Source: Nostoc punctiforme PCC 73102 (GTDB taxonomy: Bacteria; Cyanobacteriota; Cyanobacteriia; Cyanobacteriales; Nostocaceae). From it: a stretch of DNA of 32,000 bases. Under the pieces are notes generated by a model that saw nothing but the letters and a program-made list of their open reading frames with translations, ran no database searches and was not told where the DNA came from. A program made the position numbers and the translations under genes. Where the stretch lies: NCBI RefSeq assembly GCF_000020025.1, contig NC_010628.1:7290001-7322000 (forward strand), in the 5' to 3' direction. This document shows positions 18,735 to 27,301 of the stretch, piece by piece (the first letter of the stretch is position 1; each line of letters begins with the position of its first letter).

Positions 18735-18837
18735 CTAAGTCTAAGAACTCTATTTTCTAGAATTGGGGATAATTGAAGGTAGCAAATTAAGCTAGACCTG
18801 GCTGCTTTTGATTTACTTTAATAGTCTTTAACTTAGA

Positions 18838-18869
18838 ACTACCGCAGAGATGGTCATCTTTGCGGTAGT
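18838..18869 (+). terminator. strong hairpin 104 nt downstream of the HCP gene
   Basis: ACTACCGCA-gagatggtcatctt-TGCGGTAGT is a 9-bp stem, and the loop itself pairs further (AGATG/CATCT). No U-tract follows. Confidence 0.3.
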
Positions 18870-18873
18870 CTTG

Positions 18874-19398
18874 ATGCAAGTTAATATCTGTCGGTTCACT
18901 CTTTTTACAACAGTTTTCATGTATTTTAACCACATCCGTCGTAGGGGCACAAGGTCATGCTTTGCGACAATCAAAGTTGTTTTATGAGGCACAGGTAAAA
19001 TCGGATGTGGTTGCTTGATTTTGCGATCGCACTTCAATTGTCTTCTTTCCACAAGCGCCAGGGCCAATACGCGTAGATGAGCCACGAGGAGCTTCACAAC
19101 TGACTTATCAAGGTCCAGAAGGTGAATTTACTTTTCGAGGTAAGGCAATTAGGAAACAAAAAAGCCCTCTGAGTTTACTAGTTACTGTAACCTTAGAGCC
19201 AAACTTCGATCAAGGTCAGTTGGAGTTAACGTTGGTGCTACCAACTGTAAACCTTCAAAATGGGCAAAAACAAGACTTTGATACTGTCGCGATTAAGTCC
19301 AGAGGCTTAGGGCGTGTCATCAACCGAGCCGGAGCAGAACAAAAATATTTAACCTTACCACTTAAGGGGGTAGCAGAAAGCGTTATTCTTCCTCTGTA
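18874..19398 (+). pseudogene. decayed or unconventional ORF (stop-free 126-codon frame with no start codon; signal-peptide-like upstream segment)
   Basis: Frame 19019-19398 is open for 126 codons (..PQAPGPIRVDEPRGASQLTYQGPEGEFTFRGKAIRKQKSPLSLLVTVTLEPNFDQGQLELTLVLPTVNLQNGQKQDFDTVAIKSRGLGRVINRAGAEQKYLTLPLKGVAESVILPL*) but has no ATG/GTG/TTG near its 5' end. The same frame upstream of an in-frame TGA (19016-19018) reads ..LISVGSLFLQQFSCILTTSVVGAQGHALRQSKLFYEAQVKSDVVA. The only nearby ATG (18874) is one frame off. Confidence 0.3.
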
Positions 19399-19744
19399 AT
19401 CTTTAAATTGAATATTAGAGCAAGCGATCGTGAAAAACTGTTCCTAAAACTAGCACCATATACTTTTGGTTTTGACCTATATTTATGTCTTCTATGCAAG
19501 TTTTGCTCGTTTATGGTGATACTTTTTTGGAAAACTGTACTTATATAGGACTTATATTTGATTTTTGAAAACATTCAGTACAACTTAAAGAGGCTTCTCG
19601 CCTATTGCCTCTTGCCTCCTACACAAATAATTTCATAAATAAAAGCGGATTGCTATAGATTTTAACTGCTAAGAAGTTTAACGAAAATTAGGAGTTTTTT
19701 AAGATTTAGTAATAACAGACAATATGTTCGGATAAACATTCTTC

Positions 19745-19825
19745 GCTTAAGAGGATGGTTTGGCAAAAGGAAAAAGATTTAAATTTCCTCTTTCACCCTT
19801 AGCCAAGCCATATTTCATCTCAAGC
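19745..19825. repeat. hairpin repeat just 3' of the DyP gene
   Basis: GCTTAAGAGGATGGTTTGGCaaaaggaaaaag...cctctttcacccttaGCCAAGCCATATTTCATCTCAAGC is an imperfect long inverted repeat with the same aagg/cctt flavour as the 2571, 22110 and 26611 elements. Confidence 0.4.
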
Positions 19826-19841
19826 TTGTTACTTCAACTGC

Positions 19842-21569
19842 TTATGTCAATACATTTTTTAAAGCAGAAATTGATGGTGCGAAGAAGTAGCCGCCACCAG
19901 TAGGAATTACCCAGTCTTCAGGAGCAGTTAACTCTTTAGTTAAAGGTTGAGAATTATTATCCTCAAGGTGGATAAAGAACTTGCGTGTGCGATCCCCATT
20001 TTGTCCTTTATTTTGACCAATAATTGGATCGTGACCAAGAGTTAGTTGACCTTCAAACTCATGATCAGTAGCAGCTTCTGTACTGAAGTCTGGATTATTA
20101 GACCAGAATTTAGTTACGAACTCAAACTGATCTACAATCGAGGTTTGATACGCCAAAAAGTGTAAACCACGGTCAACAAAGTTCGGGTCTTGTAGCGGTT
20201 CGTCTGGAGTTGAAGCAGACACTGGCCCATAAGGAATACCACGACGCAGCAGACGGTGTGTTTGAGTGGTTACTTCGCTGCGATCAATTTCTTTGGGTCC
20301 TGGGCCTTCTCCTCCTGGTGTTTTATCGTTGCGTGGATAGGTTTTGCGAGTATGAGCAATAAATGGACATCGTAGACCCGTTGCATCTTTGGAGGGCGGA
20401 ACTACATCATTTTTAAAGAATCCATTAACGGCTGGGTCATCACCATTGAATTCAAAATCGTTGTTAGCATTGTCATCATTCCCCAAGTTTGGAGAATCTG
20501 CTTCTGGTGTGCGGACGGTGGGAGCGCCACTAGGCCAACGACCGATTAACTTCGCACTTACCTTTCTAGGGTCAGCGTTTAAATTAGCAGCAGTATCATT
20601 CAAAAACTTATGGAACTTGAACACATCCTGACGTAAGCGACGGAACACAAGGTATGAGCCATCATCTGCCCATTTGGGACCAGCTGAAGTGATCGCACCT
20701 CTGCTATTTTCCAATTGTTGAGCATCCGCATTCTGCCCTTCATAACCGAAAACAAACTCTCCTGGCCAGAGAACATCCTGTCCAGGTTTGCCCTGGTTTG
20801 GATTTTTTGGATCTTGCCGGGGAGTGAGTAAGTCTTTGGGATTATCAGAAACCCTGCCACGAATACCTGGTTGTGAAATTCCATCCAGATTGCCAAAGTG
20901 TTCATGTCCAGTAAGAGGCGGAGGTAGATTAGCTCCTTCTTCAATAAATGTGATTTTAGCCCCGCTACTTTTAGCATGACCTTTTTCATCTGTGAAGATG
21001 ACGATGCTTTTTAAAATCCGTGAAACCTCTTCTAGTAAATCTGTATGCTCGTCGCTAGCAACGATCAAAACTACATCTACTTTGCCATTATCTGGCCCAC
21101 CTACAACCCAGCCTGTAGGCTTGCCTTCGCTATCGACAGGATCGTTGAGTTCAGCCGCGCGTGCTGCCAACCCAGCTTTAAATGCTTCATCTGTAAAATT
21201 GTTGGCATCCTGGGTGAGTTTTTTTAGCCCCTGAAAAGAAAAGGCTATGTTCACCCAGGTTGCTTTGACAGTACCTTCGCGCCCTCGTCGTTCTCTTGCA
21301 GACTTAAATATACGGTTGAAGGCAATCACTTCTGAGGCAGTGGCAATAAATTTAATCTGAGTTTTGAGCCACTCTTTAAAGGCATTTGAATTTTCAATTT
21401 CTAGGAAAAGGAGGGTTTGGTAGTCTTTATTAAATCCTCCGAGAATATTGCCTTGAATATTGTTTACACGAAGAATTGGCTCACCAAGTGCAGGTATATA
21501 AAGTACACTTTCTTCCGGGCCCGCTAAAGGATTAGGTGCAGGTACTTCACGAATTATTTGCTCGGTCAT
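19842..21569 (-). CDS. DyP-type (dye-decolorizing) haem peroxidase, long form (about 575 aa)
   Basis: NIQGNILGGFNKDYQ, the HFGNLDGISQPGIRG GXXDG motif, CPFIAHTRKTYPR (proximal His region), and LLRRGIPYGP...FLAYQTSIVDQFEF. I prefer the ATG at 21569 (MTEQIIRE...) over the TTG at 21620 used by the track. Confidence 0.88.
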   Translation of the reverse strand: MTEQIIREVPAPNPLAGPEESVLYIPALGEPILRVNNIQGNILGGFNKDYQTLLFLEIENSNAFKEWLKTQIKFIATASEVIAFNRIFKSARERRGREGTVKATWVNIAFSFQGLKKLTQDANNFTDEAFKAGLAARAAELNDPVDSEGKPTGWVVGGPDNGKVDVVLIVASDEHTDLLEEVSRILKSIVIFTDEKGHAKSSGAKITFIEEGANLPPPLTGHEHFGNLDGISQPGIRGRVSDNPKDLLTPRQDPKNPNQGKPGQDVLWPGEFVFGYEGQNADAQQLENSRGAITSAGPKWADDGSYLVFRRLRQDVFKFHKFLNDTAANLNADPRKVSAKLIGRWPSGAPTVRTPEADSPNLGNDDNANNDFEFNGDDPAVNGFFKNDVVPPSKDATGLRCPFIAHTRKTYPRNDKTPGGEGPGPKEIDRSEVTTQTHRLLRRGIPYGPVSASTPDEPLQDPNFVDRGLHFLAYQTSIVDQFEFVTKFWSNNPDFSTEAATDHEFEGQLTLGHDPIIGQNKGQNGDRTRKFFIHLEDNNSQPLTKELTAPEDWVIPTGGGYFFAPSISALKNVLT

Positions 21570-22097
21570 AATGAAAGTCGTGTCTATAGTAAAGTTTTTT
21601 TGAAGAGCTTTCCTTGCCAACTAGATATACGAAAAGTCCCTTGTCCGCAAGCAATATAGCAGCTGATTTTTACTCAACAACCAATTGTTGATTTATGAGT
21701 AATTGGATATCAATGCCATGTTTTGAGTTTTGACAGACAACAGAGTTTTCTTTCGTTGACTGTAGCCTTTACGCAGGATCTCAGTTCTTAATAACAGTCA
21801 AGTGAATAGACGTTAGACAAGAACTTTGTCAAAAGGAATACACTGTTAGGATTGTATGTAATTATTAGCCTAGTAATATGATGTTTCTATCCATCTATTG
21901 GTAGAGATTATTATTTAAAAATGTAAACTTTAATTAACAAAATTTATTTATAAAAAAATAAGAGTTGAAGCGAGCGATAGTACTTTTATCGCCAGTAAGA
22001 AAATTCTTCAAAATTTACCTAATGCACAGCAGTGCCAAAAAAGTACACTGGCCTCTCTAGGGCTAGCCACAAAACACTTAGAAATTTTTTGGCACAC

Positions 22098-22229
22098 CCA
22101 CCAGTTATCAATACTTCTCGGTTAAGGGGAAAAGGGGAAAGGGAAAGAAAAAACCTTTAACCCTTACCCTTTACCCAAACCCGATTCCGAATTAAAAATG
22201 CACAAAGCGAGAAGTATTCCACCAGTTAT
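22098..22229. mobile_element. MITE with perfect 11-bp terminal inverted repeats and 11-bp direct-repeat flanks
   Basis: CCACCAGTTAT (22098-22108), c, AATACTTCTCG (22110-22120) ... CGAGAAGTATT (22208-22218), CCACCAGTTAT (22219-22229). The interior has complementary arms ggttaaggggaaaaggggaaaggg / cccttaccctttaccc. Confidence 0.75.
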
Positions 22230-22236
22230 AAGTTAA

Positions 22237-23373
22237 TTAAGAATTAGTCTGATTTAGTATAGCTGCCATTCTTTGCAGCTTTCTCCCTACTTCTTCTATG
22301 GTGTAAAAGAAGGTGAAAAACCGCAGTAATTCATCCATTGAATAATCTGCTTGCTGAATTTCTTTGAGTCGGTTCAATTCTTTCGTTGCATTAGCGATCG
22401 CCACTTCCATATCTGGCAAAGCTAGATGAGATTGGCGGGATTGAACTGCTGTCGCCAAAGCCAGCATTGCGTTTTGAGTTTCTATTGCCAGTTGAGTAAT
22501 TTGGGGCGAGAAAATTTGCCAAAAAGTATCTTGCTGTCTAGCAAGTACGGTATGTTCCATAGTTAAGATATGTTCCCAAATTCTCCGAATCAGGAACTCC
22601 CAAGCTTCATTCATCCGCTTTTCTATTGGTTCGTTTGTTTGCCCTTTTCTGACTTCCTGCCATAAATCTCTTTCTGCTACCAATGAATTAATAATATTTA
22701 GTTTCAATACGTCTATTCGAGGGCGATCGTAGTTACCTGTAAACGCGCAGTCTACGACTAACCTGTAAAATTCCTCTAAATAAATCAGCGTTTGAGATAG
22801 GTAACGCCTCAGTTCTGTGCCAGCGCGAGCCGGAAAAATAAAGTTGTTCACCAATAAGGCTACACTAATACCCAAAAAGGTTTCCAAATATCTATGCCAA
22901 GCATAGATCCAAGGAGACTGGCTGTGGCTTAAAATTACGATCGCTGCAATATACCCCGCTAGTTTAGCTGCTTCATTGAATTTCCAGTAGGAAGCAAAAA
23001 AGATGGTCACGAAAACACACAGTGCTAGTGACAACGAATTGCTACCCAATGCGATCGCAAATATTGCTCCAGCTATAGCACCAATAGTTGTCCCAATTAA
23101 TCGCTGAATACCTAGCTTGAGTGTACTGCCGTGGGTAGATGACATTACAATGATTGCTGCTATGACTGCATAGAACGGATATTCCCACTGCAACCCCTGA
23201 GCAATAATCAAAGAGATGGCTGATGCGATCGCGATTTTAAGTGCCATCTTGCCTAGCAGAATCGTTGACATTCCTTTAGGCGTAGCAGCCCTGATTAATT
23301 TTGAGATAATTGGGCTTCTGACTGGTCTAGCTTTAGAGCGGAGTCTATTAGAGGACTTTGCCATGAATATCAC
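22237..23373 (-). CDS. FUSC / aromatic-acid-exporter (ArAE)-family integral membrane protein
   Basis: 378 aa. The N-terminal half has about 5-6 hydrophobic helices (ALKIAIASAISLIIAQGLQWEYPFYAVIAAIIVMSSTHGSTLKLGIQRLIGTTIGAIAG...), followed by a soluble helical C-terminal half. That layout is typical of the FUSC/UPF0421 family. The start could instead be the second Met (MAKSS). Confidence 0.75.
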   Translation of the reverse strand: MIFMAKSSNRLRSKARPVRSPIISKLIRAATPKGMSTILLGKMALKIAIASAISLIIAQGLQWEYPFYAVIAAIIVMSSTHGSTLKLGIQRLIGTTIGAIAGAIFAIALGSNSLSLALCVFVTIFFASYWKFNEAAKLAGYIAAIVILSHSQSPWIYAWHRYLETFLGISVALLVNNFIFPARAGTELRRYLSQTLIYLEEFYRLVVDCAFTGNYDRPRIDVLKLNIINSLVAERDLWQEVRKGQTNEPIEKRMNEAWEFLIRRIWEHILTMEHTVLARQQDTFWQIFSPQITQLAIETQNAMLALATAVQSRQSHLALPDMEVAIANATKELNRLKEIQQADYSMDELLRFFTFFYTIEEVGRKLQRMAAILNQTNS

Positions 23374-23473
23374 GGTTCAACTAGCTGATTGCTCATAAAA
23401 TTTAGCTTATACCAATTTAAAAGCTGCTTCCGTGACTAGTTATGATTTCACAAATAATTGGCTTTTTTATCAA

Positions 23474-23666
23474 AACAGAATTCAGGAGTCAGGAGTCAGA
23501 ATACAGGAAAGGTATTCTGTACGAAAAAGCGGATAGCGCCAGCGGCAAGCGAGTCTGCGATAGCGTCGCGTTCGCGTACTCCTACGGTGAAGCGAGCTAC
23601 GCGCAGCGTCTCGTAGAGAGGAACGAGCGTCGCGTCAAGATTGCTGAATTCTGAATTCTGTATTCT
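23474..23666. repeat. third copy of the GC-rich-core dispersed repeat, with heptamer-repeat inverted ends
   Basis: Left end acagaattcaggagtcaggagtcagaatacagg; right end gctgaattctgaattctgtattc. The core is gcgcagcgtctcgtagagagg. Track ORF 23442-23654 is this repeat read as protein. Confidence 0.5.
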
Positions 23667-23818
23667 TCTTCAAGTCTAAATATTCAACCTGGCAATTATG
23701 CTTAACCTTTTTTTATATCAAGGAAAAGAACAATATAATTTCTGACAACAATACCGGAACTAATTCACGGCTAGCATTCTTTTGTTGACCCCGCCAAACC
23801 TCGCAATTGTCTTCAACT

Positions 23819-24682
23819 TCAGCTATTCGCCATAACACCAACACGGAGAGCAATCCGCTTATATTTGTTTGCATTGTAGGGCATACCTGTATGCATAACT
23901 TGGGAGTTATCCCAAAATACAATATCTCCAGGTTGCCAAATATGGGCATAAACTGGCGTACAGTCCAGAATATCCTCAAACAATTCTTGCCAATACTGTT
24001 TGGCAACTTCTGGTTGGTTTTCTAACCCCTTGAGAATCGAAGTGTCTGAACCCAGATATAAACAATAGCGCCCAGTTACTTTGTGAGTTGAGACAATTGG
24101 ATGTAATTTCCGAGGAATCTCTACCCCTGGCTGTGGGGAGATAGGTGACAGGTGATACATCGACAGTAGCTCTAATTGCTGCCGATGTTGGGGATCGAGA
24201 TTATGGTAGGCTTCCACCATATCGAGAAATTCAGTGGTGTGGGGTTGTCCATCCGTTCCTTCCTCCGGGATGGACACACCATAAAGCATCACGACATAGA
24301 GGGCATTCATATCCAGTCCCTCTGTTTTAGGGAGATGGTCTTTATCATGATGCCATTGCCAAGCAATTTTGCCGGCCACCTCACCAGAAAGCCCCTTGGG
24401 ATTACCTAAAATGGAGACTCCAGGACTTTGTAAGTCTGGAGCGATTTCGGGATCTAGAGGCTTGGGGCGACGACCTATGGTTGAGTCACCAAATGTCTTG
24501 ATGGCAAAGTCTTTCAACTGGGATGCCGTCAGTTTTTGCTTTCTGACAACAATAACCCCGTGTTCCCAAAGAGATTGCTTCAATTCCTCAACTTGTTGGT
24601 CTGTTATAGATGCAAGATTACAATCTCGTAGAACTTCTTTGCCTAGTCTTGAATGCTGCTGTACGGTCAACAATTTATTCAT
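23819..24682 (-). CDS. TauD/TfdA-family Fe(II)/2-oxoglutarate-dependent dioxygenase
   Basis: 287 aa. WQWHHDKD (HxD iron ligands), GDIVFWDNSQVMHTG (distal His) and the C-terminal RIALRV (2OG-binding Arg context). Confidence 0.85.
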   Translation of the reverse strand: MNKLLTVQQHSRLGKEVLRDCNLASITDQQVEELKQSLWEHGVIVVRKQKLTASQLKDFAIKTFGDSTIGRRPKPLDPEIAPDLQSPGVSILGNPKGLSGEVAGKIAWQWHHDKDHLPKTEGLDMNALYVVMLYGVSIPEEGTDGQPHTTEFLDMVEAYHNLDPQHRQQLELLSMYHLSPISPQPGVEIPRKLHPIVSTHKVTGRYCLYLGSDTSILKGLENQPEVAKQYWQELFEDILDCTPVYAHIWQPGDIVFWDNSQVMHTGMPYNANKYKRIALRVGVMANS

Positions 24683-25170
24683 CCTAGAATAATTCTTTAC
24701 TACTATTTTCCCAGTATAAGATTAAGTTGTGTTTAAGGTGCTAACCCAAATTAAATTAACTTATTACCTTTTCTTGATTTAAACACCTATATTTTAGTAT
24801 TAAGTATTCAGATAGATTTCATATTTATTCGCGGATTTCCCACCTAAAATAGACAAAATCAATCTTTTTTAAAATTCAGCTATTAACCAAATACCTCTGA
24901 CGATTAACTATTGAGTGCAGTTGTGAATCTGGCTTCTATCGTAAGATAGAAAACTGTTCTAACTTTGGCCTATAGCAGTTTTTGATATAAATAAATCATA
25001 TAATAGGAGACTTTTATTGTTGTCCCCAGTTTATGTATAGTAAATACCGTTACATAATACTATTCACCTTAAGTTTCGTGCTTTACGCAAAAAACGAATA
25101 ATTTTAAAGTTGGCATTACAAAATTTAGACGATGTTTTTCTACCAAGTGAGGCTGGGAAATAACTCGTGC

Positions 25171-25333
25171 CCTATGCAATCGAGCGATCGCCAAGTTTGG
25201 CTACAAGAGTTTTTATTACAAGTACACCTATTGATGGCTAGATTCTCTTCCTGATGAAAGAGAATCTAGCCATCAACGTTTTCTAAAGTGGGTTTAAAGA
25301 ATTAATCAGGGTGCGATCGCTCGATTGCATCCT
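25171..25333. mobile_element. nested perfect inverted-repeat element (MITE-like or structured RNA)
   Basis: Outer arms ATGCAATCGAGCGATCGC (25174-25191) and GCGATCGCTCGATTGCAT (25313-25330) are perfect 18-mers, each flanked by CCT. The inner hairpin TTGATGGCTAGATTCTCTT (25231-25249) / AAGAGAATCTAGCCATCAA (25258-25276) is a perfect 19-bp stem with an 8-nt loop. Confidence 0.6.
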
Positions 25334-25410
25334 GTTTGAAGTGCGAATTTTAGCATTGGTTTTGACAGCAGAAGGGAGTCAATGAAGGTTTCGCAAAAAG
25401 GAGATGACTA

Positions 25411-26394
25411 ATGGAATATCGGCAGTTAGGTAAACACGGCATTCGTGTCTCAGAAATTTGTTTAGGATCATGGCTTACCTATGGTGGCGCAACGTCAGAA
25501 GACATCGCCCGCCAATGTATTGAGCAAGCATATAATTTGGGAATCAATTTTTTTGACACGGCAAATGTCTATGCTGGGGGAGAAGCTGAAAAAATTGTGG
25601 GTAAGGTGCTGCGGCAGTACCCGCGTGAATCATATATTCTGGCAACTAAAGTTTATTTCCCAATGGGCAATGGTCCTAACGATCGCGGACTATCACGCAA
25701 ACATATTTTGGAGCAATGTGATGCCAGTCTGAAGCGATTGGGGCTGGACTACATCGACCTCTACCAGGCACATCGTTATGACCAGACCGTACCCCTGGCT
25801 GAAACTTTGATGGCATTTGATCAGCTGGTGAAACAGGGGAAAATTCTTTATTACGGGGTTTCTGAATGGAGTGCCGGACAACTCGCCCATGCAACCGACC
25901 TGACCCGGTTAGCAAATCTTGCGCCGATCGCATCCGATCAACCTCGCTACAACATGCTCGATCGCACGATCGAAAAAGAAGTGTTACCCCTGTGCCGTCG
26001 AGAAGGGATTGGCATAATCAATTACTCGCCCTTAGCGCAAGGGCTGCTGACTGGTAAATACAAACCCGGTCAATCCTTACCCCAAGGTTCACGCGCAAGT
26101 GACCCGAAACAAAATATATTTTTAAACAATGGGAAACTGGATCAGCAGGAGTTGCTCAAGGTGCAGCGACTGTTGCCCATCGCCGAGGAAGAAGGTTTGA
26201 GCCTGAGCCAATTGGCGCTTACCTGGTGCTTACGCAATCCCGAAATTAGTAGCGTCATCATCGGTGCAAGCAAACCAGCACAGGTACAAGAAAACGTTAG
26301 TGCATCGGGTAAGCAACTGTCTTGGGCAACAATTCAACGCATTGAAGAAGTTCTGAAAATGGAAATCAGCGATCGCGTCACTGTTGGTGTTTGA
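25411..26394 (+). CDS. aldo/keto reductase (Kv-beta/YakC-like subfamily)
   Basis: 327 aa with LGKHGIRVSEICLGSWLTYG, FFDTANVYAGGEAE, LDYIDLYQAHRYD and GIGIINYSPLAQGLLTGKY. Confidence 0.93.
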   Translation: MEYRQLGKHGIRVSEICLGSWLTYGGATSEDIARQCIEQAYNLGINFFDTANVYAGGEAEKIVGKVLRQYPRESYILATKVYFPMGNGPNDRGLSRKHILEQCDASLKRLGLDYIDLYQAHRYDQTVPLAETLMAFDQLVKQGKILYYGVSEWSAGQLAHATDLTRLANLAPIASDQPRYNMLDRTIEKEVLPLCRREGIGIINYSPLAQGLLTGKYKPGQSLPQGSRASDPKQNIFLNNGKLDQQELLKVQRLLPIAEEEGLSLSQLALTWCLRNPEISSVIIGASKPAQVQENVSASGKQLSWATIQRIEEVLKMEISDRVTVGV

Positions 26395-26610
26395 GTTTAA
26401 GCCTAGACAATTTCGAAGATTTCCAGCAAATTCAACAGATATTATGCCGGAACTGATTCTTCAGAATGCTCTATTTTATCTGGGTTTGGCAGGCGTTAAG
26501 CTAACTATCGCTCAATTGCCGATGATGTCTGAGTATCAGGATAAATAATATTTTTCTCTCGCCAAGGTGACAAAGGAGGGATTAAAGCCATAACAAACCT
26601 CAAATACTAG

Positions 26611-26722
26611 CTAGTAGTTCGCCAAGTGAACTTGGCGGGGTAAGGGGGAAGGGGGAAAGGGTTTAAATTCCTTACCCTTTACCCAGCCCTCGCCCAGCAT
26701 TTTTGGGTTGGCAGACTACTAG
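26611..26722. repeat. hairpin MITE-like repeat (GGGGAAGGGGGAAAGGG / CCCTTTACCC arms)
   Basis: Ends CTAGTAGTTCGCC ... GGCAGACTACTAG are inverted with 2 mismatches. The interior ggggtaagggggaagggggaaagggtttaaattccttaccctttaccc is related to the 22110-22218 element. Confidence 0.5.
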
Positions 26723-26749
26723 TTGCTGCACGATCGTCCGTATGGCCTC

Positions 26750-26796
26750 GGCGGGTTCCAAAAAGAACCCGCCCCCTGCCCTGAAGGAACAGGGCA
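26750..26796 (+). other. two adjacent GC-rich stem-loops
   Basis: GGCGGGTTC-caaaaa-GAACCCGCC (26750-26773) and TGCCCTG-aaggaa-CAGGGCA (26777-26796), immediately 5' of the SDR fragment. Confidence 0.3.
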
Positions 26797-26999
26797 ATGG
26801 AGGCTAGGACGTGCTACGCGAACGTTGTTTTGATCGCAGAGGCAAGTCGCGGCATTGGTGCAGCAACCGCCAAACTGCTAGGACAACATGGTGCGGTTGG
26901 CGTAAATACTAATACTATGGCAGTGAAACTGCGACTCAGGAAGTAGTTGAATTGATTACATCCGATGTTAGTCGGGCAATGGCATCAGAGACGGCATGA
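26797..26999 (+). pseudogene. second SDR (FabG-like) N-terminal fragment, frameshifted and truncated
   Basis: ..NVVLIAEASRGIGAATAKLLGQHGAVGVN.. carries a corrupted TGASRGIG motif. A frame change then gives SETATQEVVELITSDVSRAMASETA*. Nothing resembling the catalytic YxxxK region follows. Confidence 0.6.
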
Positions 27000-27301
27000 T
27001 TAAGTTGGATTTGTCAATATTTTGTAGTCTACATTACCTATTTATAAATTTTTTACACATAATTTAGGTTTGTCAAATATAAATTGTTAGCTGATTTACC
27101 TTACTTTATTACTGTATTTATCTTAAGGTTAGAAAGAGTGTATCTTGCTTTTGCACCTAAAGATAGAAACCAGACAAAATAGACATAGATAAAATAATAA
27201 CATAAAAATAGATATTAATTAAAGTAGCTTTGCTGCCACGAGAATGATAGCTAATATCTAATTGATTTTCTAATCCTAGATTAAAAAAAAGAGGTATCGT
27301 T

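Noticed and set aside
21570-21620. TTG start (21620) for the DyP gene
   Set aside because: The downstream ATG (21569) gives MTEQIIRE.... The 17 extra residues are not informative, so the true start is uncertain and I chose the ATG.
23713-24025. ORFs 23713-24006 (-) and 23807-24025 (+) overlapping the 3' end of the TauD gene
   Set aside because: They are out of frame or antisense to the conserved TauD C-terminus, which includes the distal His and Arg motifs.
26444-26548. 34-aa ORF MPELILQNALFYLGLAGVKLTIAQLPMMSEYQDK downstream of the AKR gene
   Set aside because: It is too short, has no SD, and I have no conservation information. I cannot tell it apart from noise.
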